This document shows, piece after piece, positions 24,891 through 37,749 of a DNA stretch of 64,000 bases; position 1 is the stretch's first letter, and each line of letters opens with the position of its first letter. The notes under the pieces were generated by a model, which was not told the DNA's origin, did no database searches, and worked only from the letters and a program-made list of their open reading frames with translations. The position numbers and the translations under genes were made by a program. Origin of the DNA: Carcharhinus longimanus (taxonomy: Eukaryota); NCBI GenBank assembly GCA_030264375.1, contig JASCQW010000122.1:31407783-31471782 (forward strand), given 5' to 3'.

Positions 24891-27800
24891 ATCTAGGCCC
24901 CTATGCAGTAACAGGTTATAAAAAAGGAGCTAATTTAAGATATAATAAAAGTGATGTAGGGAAATTTAGTATAAACATTGTGCTGGCAATAATTTGTTCT
25001 TTTGACTTCGAAATTCTGTGTGACATCAATAAGAAATGTCAAAGGCAGAAATGCCTTGAAAGTGGAAAGTACTTGTAATTTTGCACAATTACCTCCTAAA
25101 GGTTATGCATCATAGTTATGTAACTCATAATTCATGATGTGGACAAATATCACTGTAGTTCCAGGACAATGCTACCTCTTCACCTGATCCAAAGGCAACC
25201 AGTTGGGATGTGTTGGAAGGTACAATTTGAATATCTTGAGCTCCATATATTACAAGACCATTAAATGTTTAACATACTTTAAGGATACTTTACAATTAAA
25301 AATGTAACGAACCTATGGTGTAACTGTTTGAAGGATTATGTCCTCTCAGCTGTCACATAATCCTCTTACTTTTTGAGGTCTATACTTCAAAATTGTCTCT
25401 TCTGGTTCCTACTATTGTTTTTTTTATGGCATGTAACATGATTACTTCCTGTTTAATATCAAGTGATTCACAAAGAATTTTCAAAAGTCAAAGATAGAAA
25501 ATATTAATTGTTAAAAAATTGAGAAATCAGAATCATTAATTGGTTTGGTTTACAGTTTATCCTTAATGAACACATTTATTAGCTTTCAAACAGCTATTTG
25601 ATTGTGCTATGATGTTCATTATTTATCATATATACTGGATTATATTTCATAATGTAGATAATTGAAAATTTGACTTTTAAAATAAATAAAAATGCAGTCA
25701 AGATATATGTCTTGGAAATAATGAAATTCAGTATAATTTGGTATGGCGATAACAATTTTTAAAGAAAAGCAGAAAGTTTGTGAGATCTATTTGAAGTGGG
25801 ATTATGCATTATAATTGTGATGTTACCTTTGGGTTACAAGTTATAATTCTTTCATATTTTATACCTAAATCATGATTCTTACTCAGTATAAGTAAGAAAA
25901 TATTAATTTCTCAATTTTTTCTGTACCAAGAATAGATTTTTACCAAGAAGTGCTATTTGAAATTGTCGTGTTTCAGTGCATCTAATGTAAATTTAGCAAT
26001 GACAGACTGACCAGGGGCATACTCAACTGAATCAATTATTATGTAGATTCCATCTGCAATGAATTCTATATGCAAATCAGTTCCAAATTGAAAAAGATCA
26101 GATAATGCATAAATTTCTTTAAACAAATAAGTTTTAGTCAAGGATCAGTAGAGTCTTTTACAGTATTTTACAGCTCTAGTTAATAAAAGCAGGCACCTTT
26201 TAAAACTTCATTTAGAGCTTCCAGTAAAAAGTATCACTTGCATGAAGATCATCCTTAGCAAGGTACATGAGTTGTAAATTCTATTTAATACTTGATATTA
26301 TTCAAAAACATTGGACAATAAATGCTTTCCTGTTATTTTAATTTTTAAGTCTACTAACTCTAAATCAACTTCATGAAAAGCTGATGTGAATTGATGGAAT
26401 TCTGTCTAATAGTAATATGATGAAAAATCTCAAGGTTTTATTTTTTAAAACTTTCAAATAAATATACTATGTTAGCACTGAGATGGTGTATCTCTAATTT
26501 TATTGACTGTGTACTTGACCATTAGTAAAATGCTAATATTAGAATTATTTTTTCTCTCAAAATACTGAGATTAAAAGAAATAACTGAGTTGTCTCATCAT
26601 GCATTGATTACTTGATCATAACATTTGCTTATAAGTTAGATAACCAATTTTAAACACCACAAAGTGTCTTTTTTCATCACTTTTTGTTGGACCTAATTAG
26701 TTTTTTTACTATGTATTCTTAATTTTAAACCTTCAGTGTTAATTGTGTGAGCTATCTATTTTTCAGAAAATAACTTTAGTTGTTTGAGCTTTCTATTTAT
26801 TTCCCAGACTAAGCCAATTAAATCATATAAAATAATGTAAATATCTATAGATGCTCATGCATCTAGCTGTTGAGAGATATTGGTCATGTTTGTTAGATTG
26901 GTAGATTATTCTGATTTAGCTGTCTGACTTTGGAATGCTCAAGATGTTCTATAATCATTTAATATTAAAGATGGGAAAACAAAAATAGTATCCTCACAAT
27001 CCATCAGCAAACTTGATCTTATGTAACATTAAAGTTGATGATCAAATTACCCATTAAGGAGGAAGCGAAGGGTTAAAATGAAGTAATCCTTTCCATGCTG
27101 CAAGCCAGAGGTATGAAACAAAATGGTAAGATGGGCTGCTGTTCACTTGTGCCTAACTATTTGTAAGCCACTGTAGCAAGCTCAAAATTGATATTAGAGA
27201 TGTTGTTTCCAGATTGTTGCTTGCAGTGTAGAAAAAATAATTTATTTTTGTAAAGTTGCAAAACTGAGGAATATTTTCATGAATGATTTAAAAGCTATGA
27301 GAGTATTATTTATCATCTTTTCTGCAGCGTAGAGCTATGGTGCGTTGCTTTATCTTTAAAGGGGATTTCCAGGGTAACAGGCACACAATAAAAAGCAAGC
27401 TGTACTATGATTACTCTGAAATGTTCTTATTATTTCACATCTTTGTCTTGTGGCTTCTACTTGTCATCGTTGACCATCAGATCTCACTGGACAATGTATT
27501 ACAGAAGGCTTTTTGCTTGCCTGTTCTCTAAATTATTTCTGTCAAGCAGACACTTATAAATTATTTGATGATAGAAAAACTACTGCATTGGGGATGCAGG
27601 TGAAAAAGCTCTTTTGATTTGGATGTTTGTACAAGATTCTGGTTGACAGATTTCTCAAATTGAATGCAATTATATTCAATGTGAAAGTATTGTAGACTTT
27701 GGAAATGATTACAGTTACAAAGTGCAAGTAAAACATGATTTTCCTTTCAAGATAATCTATTAAGGATGCTGCATTTAAAGTCTGTGTTATACATATTCAG

Positions 27801-27897
27801 CAGCTGCATTTTTAAATTAAATCTGTCAGAAATTAATTTAAATATTTGTTGTGGGAAATGAGAGAGTTCTAAAATTCCAATAGAAATGATTGCTTAC

Positions 27898-28260
27898 CTT
27901 TGGATAAATTAGAAATGAAAGCGCAACGCCTGTATGCTGCGTCTGTTGTAAAAATCCATGTGTATGTGGAGTAGATTTTCAGTAATGATCCAGCAGTGAA
28001 GAATATGAATTGTTAGATTACTTTCCAGGCTGCACATTAAGCTATTGCTCAAAGTTCCCTCTCGTCCACAGTATTTAGTCTGCACCTTTCTCTTCATAAC
28101 AGTGAGACATTTAGCCAGCTGTGACCAACGATGCTTTCGCTAGAGGCAGCCACGCACTTATGAAATTTCCTGTTACTGAGTTGCCGTGTGCAAGCTCTCC
28201 AGGCTGCTGGGGAAGTCCAATTTCTATCAGCTGCTACTGGCAAGCTGTGTATGCAAAGCA
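27898..28260 (-). other. Candidate non-coding 5' exon / proximal regulatory region of INSYN2A
   Basis: Strong minus-strand donor AAG|gtaagc at 27898/27897. The sequence is unique, non-repetitive and retains CpGs locally. The coding exon starts with an acceptor, so an upstream UTR exon must exist. The 5' boundary is a guess. Confidence 0.35.
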
Positions 28261-31200
28261 AGACCTCGCCTCCTTATCATCTTGGCTGAGATGTTTCTAC
28301 AGTGGATACATGCCAGCAAGCTATTACACAAACTGAATTCTAGGCTTCTTGAAGTGAGTGAAAAATGATATTTTGCTGCAGTTTTTTTTAATTGGATGTT
28401 TTCTGCCCACATGTTCCATGCTGACATTTGAGAGAAAACAATCAATTCCTGTAGTATTGTAGGCTGCTGGCTCCCCACTAGGGAGAGTTAGAATATAACT
28501 GATTTTAACCCCTACTCAAATGTAGGTGAATTTGATGAATTTGTTGAATCTGATACTCAGACCATTTTATAATTATGCACGAATATGTAAATTGATCATT
28601 AAACAAAAAAAACTCCAAAAATATAACTTCAGTTAATGTTTTCTAGTCTTTGAGCTTGTCATACTGTTGAGCACTATTGAACCATTAGTTTAACTAAAAC
28701 TGCATGGGAGTTTAGTTAATTATTGCTTTCTCCTGCCACTTAGTGACAGAACATTTACGTTTTAAAGAATATTTTGCTGTATAGATTCCTTTTAAAACTC
28801 ATTTTTTTAAATTGAAGCTACTTTTAGTATCTGAATTTTATTGCATCCATTTTAGCCAAAATTCAAAAATTCATACAGTTAATTTGCATTCAGATAAAAT
28901 ATAACATAATATTTTCAAAGCTAGGGCTGTCATGTGAGAGCAGTGCATACTGAAAGTTGGCAGCTTTTATTTAATTGCGAAGGGACTGCTGTCTGCATCA
29001 GTTGACGCATATAGCGTTGAACTGTTGGGAGTCGTTCATCAGTTTAGTCAGTTGGGAGCACTACCATCATTAGTTGGTGAGCTAAAAGCAATTCTTTTCA
29101 TATTGCTGCATCTTCAATGACATTAAATAGGTCACTGCTCTTAGACTTGTAATGTGACTCTGGAGATTTTTCTTATTGGGGAATCATAACATGCAGAAAC
29201 TGCAGATGCATTTCATTTGAACAGTCACTTGTTAGTACTTACCCCTGCTTAGATGTATGTGAAGCTAAATTATGCATGTTGCCCAAGAAAATCATCTTTC
29301 TGTATGCGATCATTCAAATGCCATTTTTTTGTCCAGGTTCAGAATTTTTATGTAATACCCTTTCAAATGCATATCAACTTATGAATAACCTATTATTATA
29401 TTTCATTGCAATTTACAATTTCAATTTGAGTGAACTAAAACTTAATTACTATTTTATTTAACAATAAAAATGGTTTGTAAGTATTCAGCAGTACTAAACT
29501 GGCTAATATGAGTTGCAAATGTTTGTAATTTGAGTCAATAGTATGAGTTTAGTTTTGTAGAGCACTGAAATGTAATTTGATAGATGGGCCAAAATTGCAT
29601 TTAACGTTTAGCATAGGCACTTTTTATGTCTAAGAATCGTTTGAGCTTGTCATTGTTACTAATGATTTGTGTCTATAAGGGTCTTATTGCTTGCACTCCT
29701 GAAGGTTTTCATGTTTGTGCGGGTTATAAAGTTTCCTTAGGCGATACATTTAAGAACGTTATAACATGTAGCAGAAGGGATTATGAGGTTGGTTAAAGGA
29801 CTGAAGGATGCATGTTATCAGAATATTGTGTTGAAAGTGTTCAAATTGCACTTTGTCCTCTACAAGATAATTGCAGACTTTAGTGCACGCAGTGTTACAT
29901 TCTGCGTTCCCAAACTGAGTACTCTGTCCCCTGAAAAATTTGACATGATAACATTGTGCCAGTAATGCATGACATTATTGAGCCTGTCTCCCAAGTTGGG
30001 GAAGGTGAACTGGTGTGGAAATCAGTAGGCCATCTGCCATTTCAAAATTGTTAATTGAGAAACTATTAAGCTTATTAATAACCCAATCATCTGCAATTTT
30101 TCATAGCCTGCATTTTTTGGGTGAAGGACGAACAAACAGCTTTTAAGCCTGCTGTAAGGGGACAGCTCAGGGTAGTAGAAAATACCTGCCATTGGGACCT
30201 TGTTTAAATGTACCAGCACATTCTGCTGGGGAAAGTGATGTAGCGCCTGTATGATTATTAATGACATGTTTTGTGTTTTTTGAGCTTTCAGTACAGAATA
30301 AAGAATGACTCTGAGAGCAGGGGCATTTACATTTCCAACCATGACCAACTTCCTTTTCACAGAAGTGCTGCTCTGCCACATGATGTCCCGGCTCTGTGGT
30401 ATCAATTGGGCATGGAACTTCCCTTGCACCTATAATTGACATCCTTCCAACTGGATGGTCATTAGATAGCCATCTGACACTTGACTGAATGAACAGAGAC
30501 AATGAGGTTGGGAGTAAACGGATCACTCAGTTCCTGTTCCATCTTCCCTGTCCTGCCAAGAAACGTAGCATCCAGTGTGTAATCTTTTCAAGTGCACTAT
30601 TTCTTTGTCAATATATTGTTTTTAGTTTGTTCTGTTCAACACACTATGGAATGTTAATTGCCACTTTGAGATGATACATAAAGTAATGCAAACAAACTTA
30701 TGCTCTCCTTAACATATGCTATTAAATTTGTAAGAAAATTTGGAAATGAGAATATTGTAGCTAATTGATTGGCATGCATCATTTTCACATTAACAGAAAC
30801 AAACTAGGTGTAAAAAGTACTGTTTTAATGTTTTACCCCAAAAATATAATGGTACCTGGTGTGGTTAGTTTCATAAGCAAAAACAGTGTGATTTGTCAGT
30901 AATGTGCTTCTATTGTTCACACTTTGCCATACAAAGTATTGCTGTGCCTAAAAATTCTCTACTAAAGATAAAGATTGCTAAGCCATCCTAAAAAAGCACA
31001 TGGATTATCCCTGCAGGAGCCACAATATTTTACTGATGTACGTGTTGGTAATTGGCACGGTAGCAGCTTGTGGAGAGGGAAAGGTGATCTCGGATGCTTG
31101 GAAATAAAGACCATTGGAAAGGGAGGATGGGAATTCTATGCATGAGTATTTGAATAGGGGAAAAATAGACAACTGGTGCGATTCTCTGGCTTCCCACCTG

Positions 31201-32599
31201 TGTTTTCCTCAGTGGGAGAGGTGTGGCATGCCGTTCGCTGGCAGCAATTTTCTGGATTCTCTGGTTCTGCTAGTGTCGATGTGAGATCCCACTTGAAGGC
31301 ATCCCATGCCGCCAGGAAACCTGTGGGCGGGGAATGTGCTTCCAGTGTGATTAAAGAATCCCACTGTTGTGATCAGCCGGGGAATTGACTTCATGGCATG
31401 CATTTTATCATATTACTGGTGAGATTTTGTGTATAAAATTGCATTTGATTTTTGTATGCACACCATTGGTGTGAGCTGAGCCAGGTGCCTTCTTGGTGAG
31501 ATAGCTTTTGCGGATGTCAGGAACTTGGAGCAGAAATATGCAGAATTGTCTGATCAAGGTATCAGTTTGCATTTGGTGCTAGTTCGACTATAAGGGTGCC
31601 ATTTTCGACTTCAGTGCTCCTGCTAATAGCCTCTCCTAACCTCGCACAGCCAACTATGTATTCAGCAATAGGAAGAAGGAATGCCCACCACTTTTATTTA
31701 GTTGGATCATCAACTACGTTTCGGTTGCTGATTTATTTCTGTTAGATGTTGTTAAGTTGGTCTGGTTTGTACTCTTATTTAAAGTTGATGAGCTTTGTCG
31801 ACAGTAGTGTTGCATTTTGTGACAGTCTTTCTTCTCTCTTCAAGGATTCTATTTATGATACTTAATCTCAGTCATGGCTGCTGTAATTTCCATCTGTCTT
31901 GACTTGTATCATCACAAGGAGGGTTAGGGCAAAGATAATGCAAAGACAGACATGCTGATCGGAAAAACAGGAAAAGGAGGAACGAAGGATTCTCAGTGGG
32001 AGACCATGTCCACCCCAGCTCTTCAATAAGTGTCCTTTCATCTTAAGCTAAACGAAGAGAAATGTTTACAGTATTTCATTTTATGAAGGAGGTGTTCACT
32101 GAAATGTGTCACCTGTTGCCGCCAGACTTTTGACCTCGGGGTAGAATGATGTGATGCTGCAATGGCTATGAAGGTGACCATTCTCATTAATTTCTTCACA
32201 TTTGGATCTTTCCATGCTGAAAAAGTGAGTACCTCCCATATTTCCACCCGTTGCTCAATAAAATGGGGCGGGGGGAGGTGGTTGAATAATAATGCGCATC
32301 TCAGGAGATAGCAAATGTTACATTGTATCTTTCCAGGCATGAGCAGGTGGACTGTGCATGGGACTTCAACAGATTAGGAGGATTCTCCATGATGTAGAGT
32401 GTTATTTGCTGCATGTTTTGCTTATCGAACGCTGCATCTAAATGTAGAGATGTACCAGAACCGCATAGGCTTCCACAACTTGAATGTGCATTTCAGGCGC
32501 AAATATATCCAGCACAGCTTACAGTGAATGGTCGGTGTTCTGTTAGTTGTCATGATGTTTTTATTCTGCATCAGTCTGCTGGACCATCCTTATTTGAAC

Positions 32600-32857
32600 T
32601 CTCGAGCCTTCCGTCAAACGATGGCGTCAGAGAACTCTGCCTCTGTCTGCTGCGGGGTGTGACAGCGTGTTCGAGCTTTGGCCCGGCAGCAGAGTTGCCA
32701 CTCAATGCCATTCAAGCGCCCCTTTTTCTTCAATAATTGCTTGAGGGCTTGCCGTGGGCCACGCCAAGCTGGAGCTCCATAGCCACGTTGGCAGGGGAGC
32801 ATTTTGTGCGGTCCAGGATCAGACAGCCTCTCTGGAGACCCGAATCGAAACCTGGTA
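32600..32857 (+). other. Probable rDNA ITS1 3' segment
   Basis: Abrupt GC/CpG-rich block directly upstream of the 5.8S start, ending gaaacctggta|caactc, similar to the vertebrate ITS1/5.8S junction (aaacctcgta|cgactc). Confidence 0.7.
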
Positions 32858-32970
32858 CAACTCTTAGCGATGGATCACTCAGCTCGTGCATCGATGAAGA
32901 ACGCAGCTAGCTGCAAGAATTAATATGAGTTGCAGGACACATTGATTGTTGACACTTTGAATGCACTTTG
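32858..32970 (+). pseudogene. 5.8S rRNA pseudogene (5' ~110 nt)
   Basis: caactcttagcgatggatcactcagctcgtgcatcgatgaagaacgcagctagctgcaagaattaatatgagttgcaggacacattg matches vertebrate 5.8S with CpG-type decay. It is truncated at the 3' end. Confidence 0.95.
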
Positions 32971-34547
32971 ATCATCAGGTGCATGANNNNNNNNNNNNNN
33001 NNNNNNNNNNNNNNNNNNNNNNNNNNNNNNNNNNNNNNNNNNNNNNNNNNNNNNNNNNNNNNNNNNNNNNNNNNNNNNNNNNNNNNNNNNNNNNNNNNNN
33101 NNNNNNNNNNNNNNNNNNNNNNNNNNNNNNNNNNNNNNNNNNGAGTCAGTGTAGGGCTAGATCAGGTAAGGATGACAGATTTTCTTCCCTAAAGGATATT
33201 AGTGACTGGTTTCATTAAACTTTTGATTCCAGATTTTTATTAAATTCAAATTTCACCATCTGTCCATGGTACAATTTGAACTCTAATTGTCAGAGCACTA
33301 CCCTGGTTCTCAGGATTACTAGTCCAATAGCATTGCCACTATCCACTGCCTTCCCGTCATTGATAATGTAATTGAACAGACCATTGCGGTGCTCAAACCA
33401 CCGTTTCCATTGCCTGGATCGCTTAGAGGAACCATGCAGCACTCAGTGGAGCATGTTTCATGATTTATTGTGGCCGACTGCCTTTTGCACGACCTCCCTA
33501 TAATGAGGGCACAACCCATTATGCCAGGTATTTGCTGAGTAACAGAAGAGTAAGTGGAAGGGAGGAAACAACTATTACGTTCTCTTTTTTGGCCATGGTG
33601 GTCGTGGTAAGTTCATCCAACTGTGGTGCCAACAATCCAACTTCCAATTCTATAAGAATCCTGAGCTTACCTTCCCTCGGTTACTGACTACTGTCCCCTT
33701 GGCCACGATGTTGAAAAAAATTATTGCTAAATTATTAAATGCAAAAAGCATTCACTTGTATTTTACAGTTCATACTTCGTCAGTCTGAGCTGTAAGATTC
33801 TGTTTTAATTGACGTCTCTGTTAAGACTTATCCTTTTCTCAACCCATTTGCAATGTCTTGCATGGTTAATTGATAATGTAATTAGTACTTAAATGAATAC
33901 CAAATTATTGTAAGGGTCTAAAGTGTTCTTAACTCATCTAGTCTTGCCTTCCCCTAGACCAGCCAGCATTTCAAGATTCAATAATGAACCTATGATGTAC
34001 CAACCATGGTAGATGGCAATGTTTAACTGCAGTTTGATAAATTGGTACTGCATTGTTGCAAGAGTGCCAATCTATTTTATATCAATCATTTTTTTTCATC
34101 CTAAATTTCCATCAGTAAATTAATACACTTGCAGTCTCAGTCATTGCTGCAATGCCAATCAAGGCATAACACTTTTTAAAATATTAAAGTAAAGCCTTAA
34201 GATTGCTGTGATACTAAGATCTGAATCACTGATAACATACTTACAATTTGTTTGATAACAGCCAACTTGTGTGTTTGTTATCTTCTACCCTCATTTTCAA
34301 AAGTCAAACCTATACAATTCTTATTTGGGATCTGTACATAAACTTAAATGAAGTAATGTAAGTTATTTTTCTGTTCAGATTTAAGGGCTGAAATGCTGTA
34401 ATACATGTTTGGCGTTTGCATTTCTGTAATTCAGTTTGCTTATATCGTTCATGAAGAATCTGTGTGCATTTTATTGAATAACTCAGTTATTATGATGATC
34501 TTTAATTAATCTGAAATGCATAGTTTATTGAATAGCTAAATAATGTT

Positions 34548-34855
34548 ATCATAGAATCCCTACAGGGCAGAACGAGACCATTCGACCCATTGTGTCTGCA
34601 CTGACCACAATCCCACCCAGGCCCTATTCCCGCAACCACAGATATTTACCCAGCAGTCTCCCTGAAACTAGGGTCAATTTAGCATGGCCAATCAACCTAA
34701 CCTGCACATCTTTGGAGTGTGGGAGGAAACTGGAGCACCCGGAGGAAACCCACACAGACGCAGGAAAAATGTGCAAACTCCACAAAGACAGTGACCCAAG
34801 GTTGGAATTGAACCGGGTCCCTATGCTGTTAGGCAACAGTGTTAACTACTGTAGT
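34548..34855 (-). mobile_element. HE1-type SINE, near full length
   Basis: Head, core and tail are all recognisable on the minus strand. Confidence 0.85.
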
Positions 34856-34924
34856 GGTCCTTATTAAATGCTATCCTTGTAAACCTGAGGTCATCTAAAG
34901 CTAAGCATTCTTTGTCATAACTCA

Positions 34925-35368
34925 CATGAGTTCATCATTTATCATTTCACCTTTATATTTGCTGATCTACACTGATTCCTGGTTAAGCAGTAATTTGATT
35001 TTAAAATTCTCATCCTTGTTTTCAAATTCTTCCAAGTCCTCAATCCTCCCCATTTCTCTGACCTCCTCTGTATAACCCTCAGAGATATTGATGCCCGTCT
35101 TTTTGGGTGTCCCAGATTTTAATTGCTCCACTATTGGTGGCTGTGCTTTTAGCTGCTAAGGCCCTAAGCTCTGGAATTCTCTCCTTAAATGTCTCGGCCT
35201 TTCTTCCTCTCTTTTCTTCTTTACGATACTACTGAAAATCAACCTCTTTTATCATGCTTTAATTTTTTATTGCCCTAATATCATTTTATATGGCTGTTTG
35301 TCAAGTGTTGTGTTATAACGTTCCTATGAAACACTTTGGGAGGTTTTACTATGTAAGGGCACTATTTA
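34925..35368 (+). mobile_element. L2 LINE 3' end
   Basis: ISPLxFADLH.FLVKQ.FDFKILILVFK and IGGCAFSC.GPKLWNSL, followed by the L2-type 3' tail. Confidence 0.75.
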
Positions 35369-35369
35369 A

Positions 35370-35690
35370 GTCCAGTGCAGTAAAGAGAAATGCTCCACAT
35401 TTGGAGGTGAATGAAACATTAAATAGAAGTCCGTTCACGTTGATGTGAGTTCATGGCACTATTTTGAAGAAGAGCAGGGAAGCTATTCATGGTATCTTGG
35501 ACAATGTTTATCCCCCAGTCAACATCATTAAAAGAACAAATTATCTGATCCTGACCACAGTGCTATTTATGGGTATTTCCTTTGTGTAAATTGGCTGCTG
35601 CATTTCTACCGTGATTATACTTCATTGGCTGTAAAGCGCATTGAGACACCCAGTCGTCATGAAAGGTGCATATAAATGCAAGGCTTTTTT
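35370..35690 (+). mobile_element. Deu-domain SINE (SacSINE1-like)
   Basis: catggcactattttgaagaagagcaggg...aaattggctgctgcattt...cttcattggctgtaaagcgc...tataaatgcaag. Confidence 0.75.
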
Positions 35691-37749
35691 GAATTGTCAT
35701 CTAATTGGATTTGATGAGTATTGTTGAGCTTACTAAGTAGAATTTAGAATATTTATCATGTAACTTTAAGGAATAGTTTTATAATGATAGAGACTACAAT
35801 TCCTCATGGAGATGTCTTGAATTCTTTAGAAAAATGCTGGTGTTTATAATATTGCCTGGCCATTTAGATGTTGAGTAACAAATCTAAATAATACTAAGGC
35901 TTGAGGATGCATTTTCACAAAATCAGATTTGTACGTTACTACAAACTGACCTGTTGGAAAATGTGTATTTAAAAAAAAATTTTGAAAAACTTCGCGTCTG
36001 AACCTGTTGCAGGTAAAGCTTATTTTATGGTGTTCAACTGAGGACTTTTGTCTTCAAAGTTAATGAAGTATGGCATATGTTGCTCCTGGAAGCAGAGCAT
36101 ATATTTGACACTTTCCACAAAATGTATTTGGGGTTAGTGATCTTCTTAGCAGTATAATTATTCATTTGTTTGAAAGACAAACGTATGAGGAATTTAGCTT
36201 GTGCTTAGGCTTAACAGCTCTATTGGATTTCTGACAGGGGCCAATGAATTGTAGTACCCCCTTTCTGATTTACAAGACATATTCAGTGCTCCTTTGATCA
36301 TGTGCATTATATTTTCATCTCCAACCTGCAATTAAACTGCTAGAACTATTTGTAGTTCTAAATTATTTGCTGTAATTTGTTATGCCAATTTATGAAATGA
36401 AACAATTCAGCAGGCACCAATATCTGCTACATGTTGTGCAGTGCTGACTTACACAACTGAAGCAGACTTTGAAAATGTACGTGTAACATATATTTGGTAT
36501 GTACATTTCAGCCTTAAGGTGAGAATTTGGGATATGACGCGCCCATTTTTGGGTGCTCTAAATGCCGTTGGAGCTCCAAAAAGACATCTGTTCCATGTGT
36601 ATACTTGTGGGCCATATGTCATGGGCTGTAACTTCCTAACTCCTCAGCACTGAATTTGGAAGGTACCCCAAAGACGCAATGCGAAAAAGCAGTTACTCAA
36701 AAAAAATTAGAACTTCGGGTATCAATTGACCCAGACCCAGACTGACAATTCCACCTCCATAGGCCCAGTTCCCCAAAGGACTGCCCCAAAGCTCACGGGA
36801 CTCCCTTAAACACACAATTTTTTTTTCCCCAATACCTCAACTTCTCATGGGAATTCCCCACCCCCCCGCCAGTCCACCACTCAATTGCCCCACAGGCTTG
36901 ACTGGACATCCTACCCCTAGAGCCGCTCCACTTCCAAAGTCCAACTGGAGCCTGACCTCCAAACCTTCCCTCCCATCTACCCATGAGCTGAACACCCCAG
37001 CCTTGCAACCCGTATCTTCAAACTGACCCTTCCATCTCTGATTCACCCAACACTCCCTGACCCCCCAACCCAACCAACCCACACTTGAAGACTGACCTTC
37101 ATTCCCTGACTCCAACACCTCCAGACCTCAGATCCAGCCCAACTGTTCCCTCCCCCCACCTGACTGACACTTCCAACCAACCCCTGCCACCTCAACCTAT
37201 GACTCCACAAAACCAACCCGAGTTGCAACACCCTGCCGCAAATCCTCCAAATCCCACTCCGCTCATCCCAGATGTCTGATTATGCCTAGCTCTGACCACC
37301 CCCATCCACCCTCCCAACTATGAACTCTGACCACCCCCGACTGCTGACACCACCCCCCAACCCTGATCTCCAACTCCCCTATTCCCTGCTGAAGTCCCAT
37401 TATACCATCCGCCCCTGACATTCTGTGTGTATGTGGCCTCTGTCTCTTTAATAAAGACAGTACAGCAGATGTGAATCACTCACTTAAGGAAGCATTATAA
37501 ACTGAGAGTAAATGATCAATCCAGAGGGTGGAGTCCTTTCTCAGGCAGAATCATTGAACAATCATGCAATAAGCATGTAAAGACTGGAACACTGATCCAG
37601 GGCAGCCTAGAACAGCAACTTTCCTGTATCCTGTCGATGACAGAATGCCACAACATAACAGGTTCAATCACCCACATCCACTCCCATGGTTCCAACCCCC
37701 TGTCACCCCTCGAGTTTCAATCTCCCATCTGCTCCTGAGGAAAGTAAAA

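Larger units (their letters stand above)
31980..33720 (+). mobile_element. Decayed PIF/Harbinger transposase, interrupted by rDNA, a gap and a SINE
   Basis: HARBI1-type motifs in order: MAMKVTILINFFTFGSF (~32162), GFSMM.SVICC, EMYQNRIGFHNLNV (~32448), VNGRCSVSCHDVFILHQS (~32524). After the inserts: NVIEQTIAVLK..F.CLDRL.GT.QHS, CLLHDL (~33365-33500). Confidence 0.8.

Noticed and set aside
30022-30526. Overlapping 135-aa and 119-aa minus-strand ORFs
   Set aside because: No recognisable domain; lengths are compatible with chance. The region is kept only as a candidate non-coding element.
32858-32970. Functional rDNA unit
   Set aside because: Truncated, mutated at CpGs, with no 18S or 28S nearby, and embedded in a transposon.
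36720-37420. Proline- or glycine-rich ORFs in C-rich tracts
   Set aside because: Low-complexity interior of a non-autonomous transposon, with no splice or homology support.
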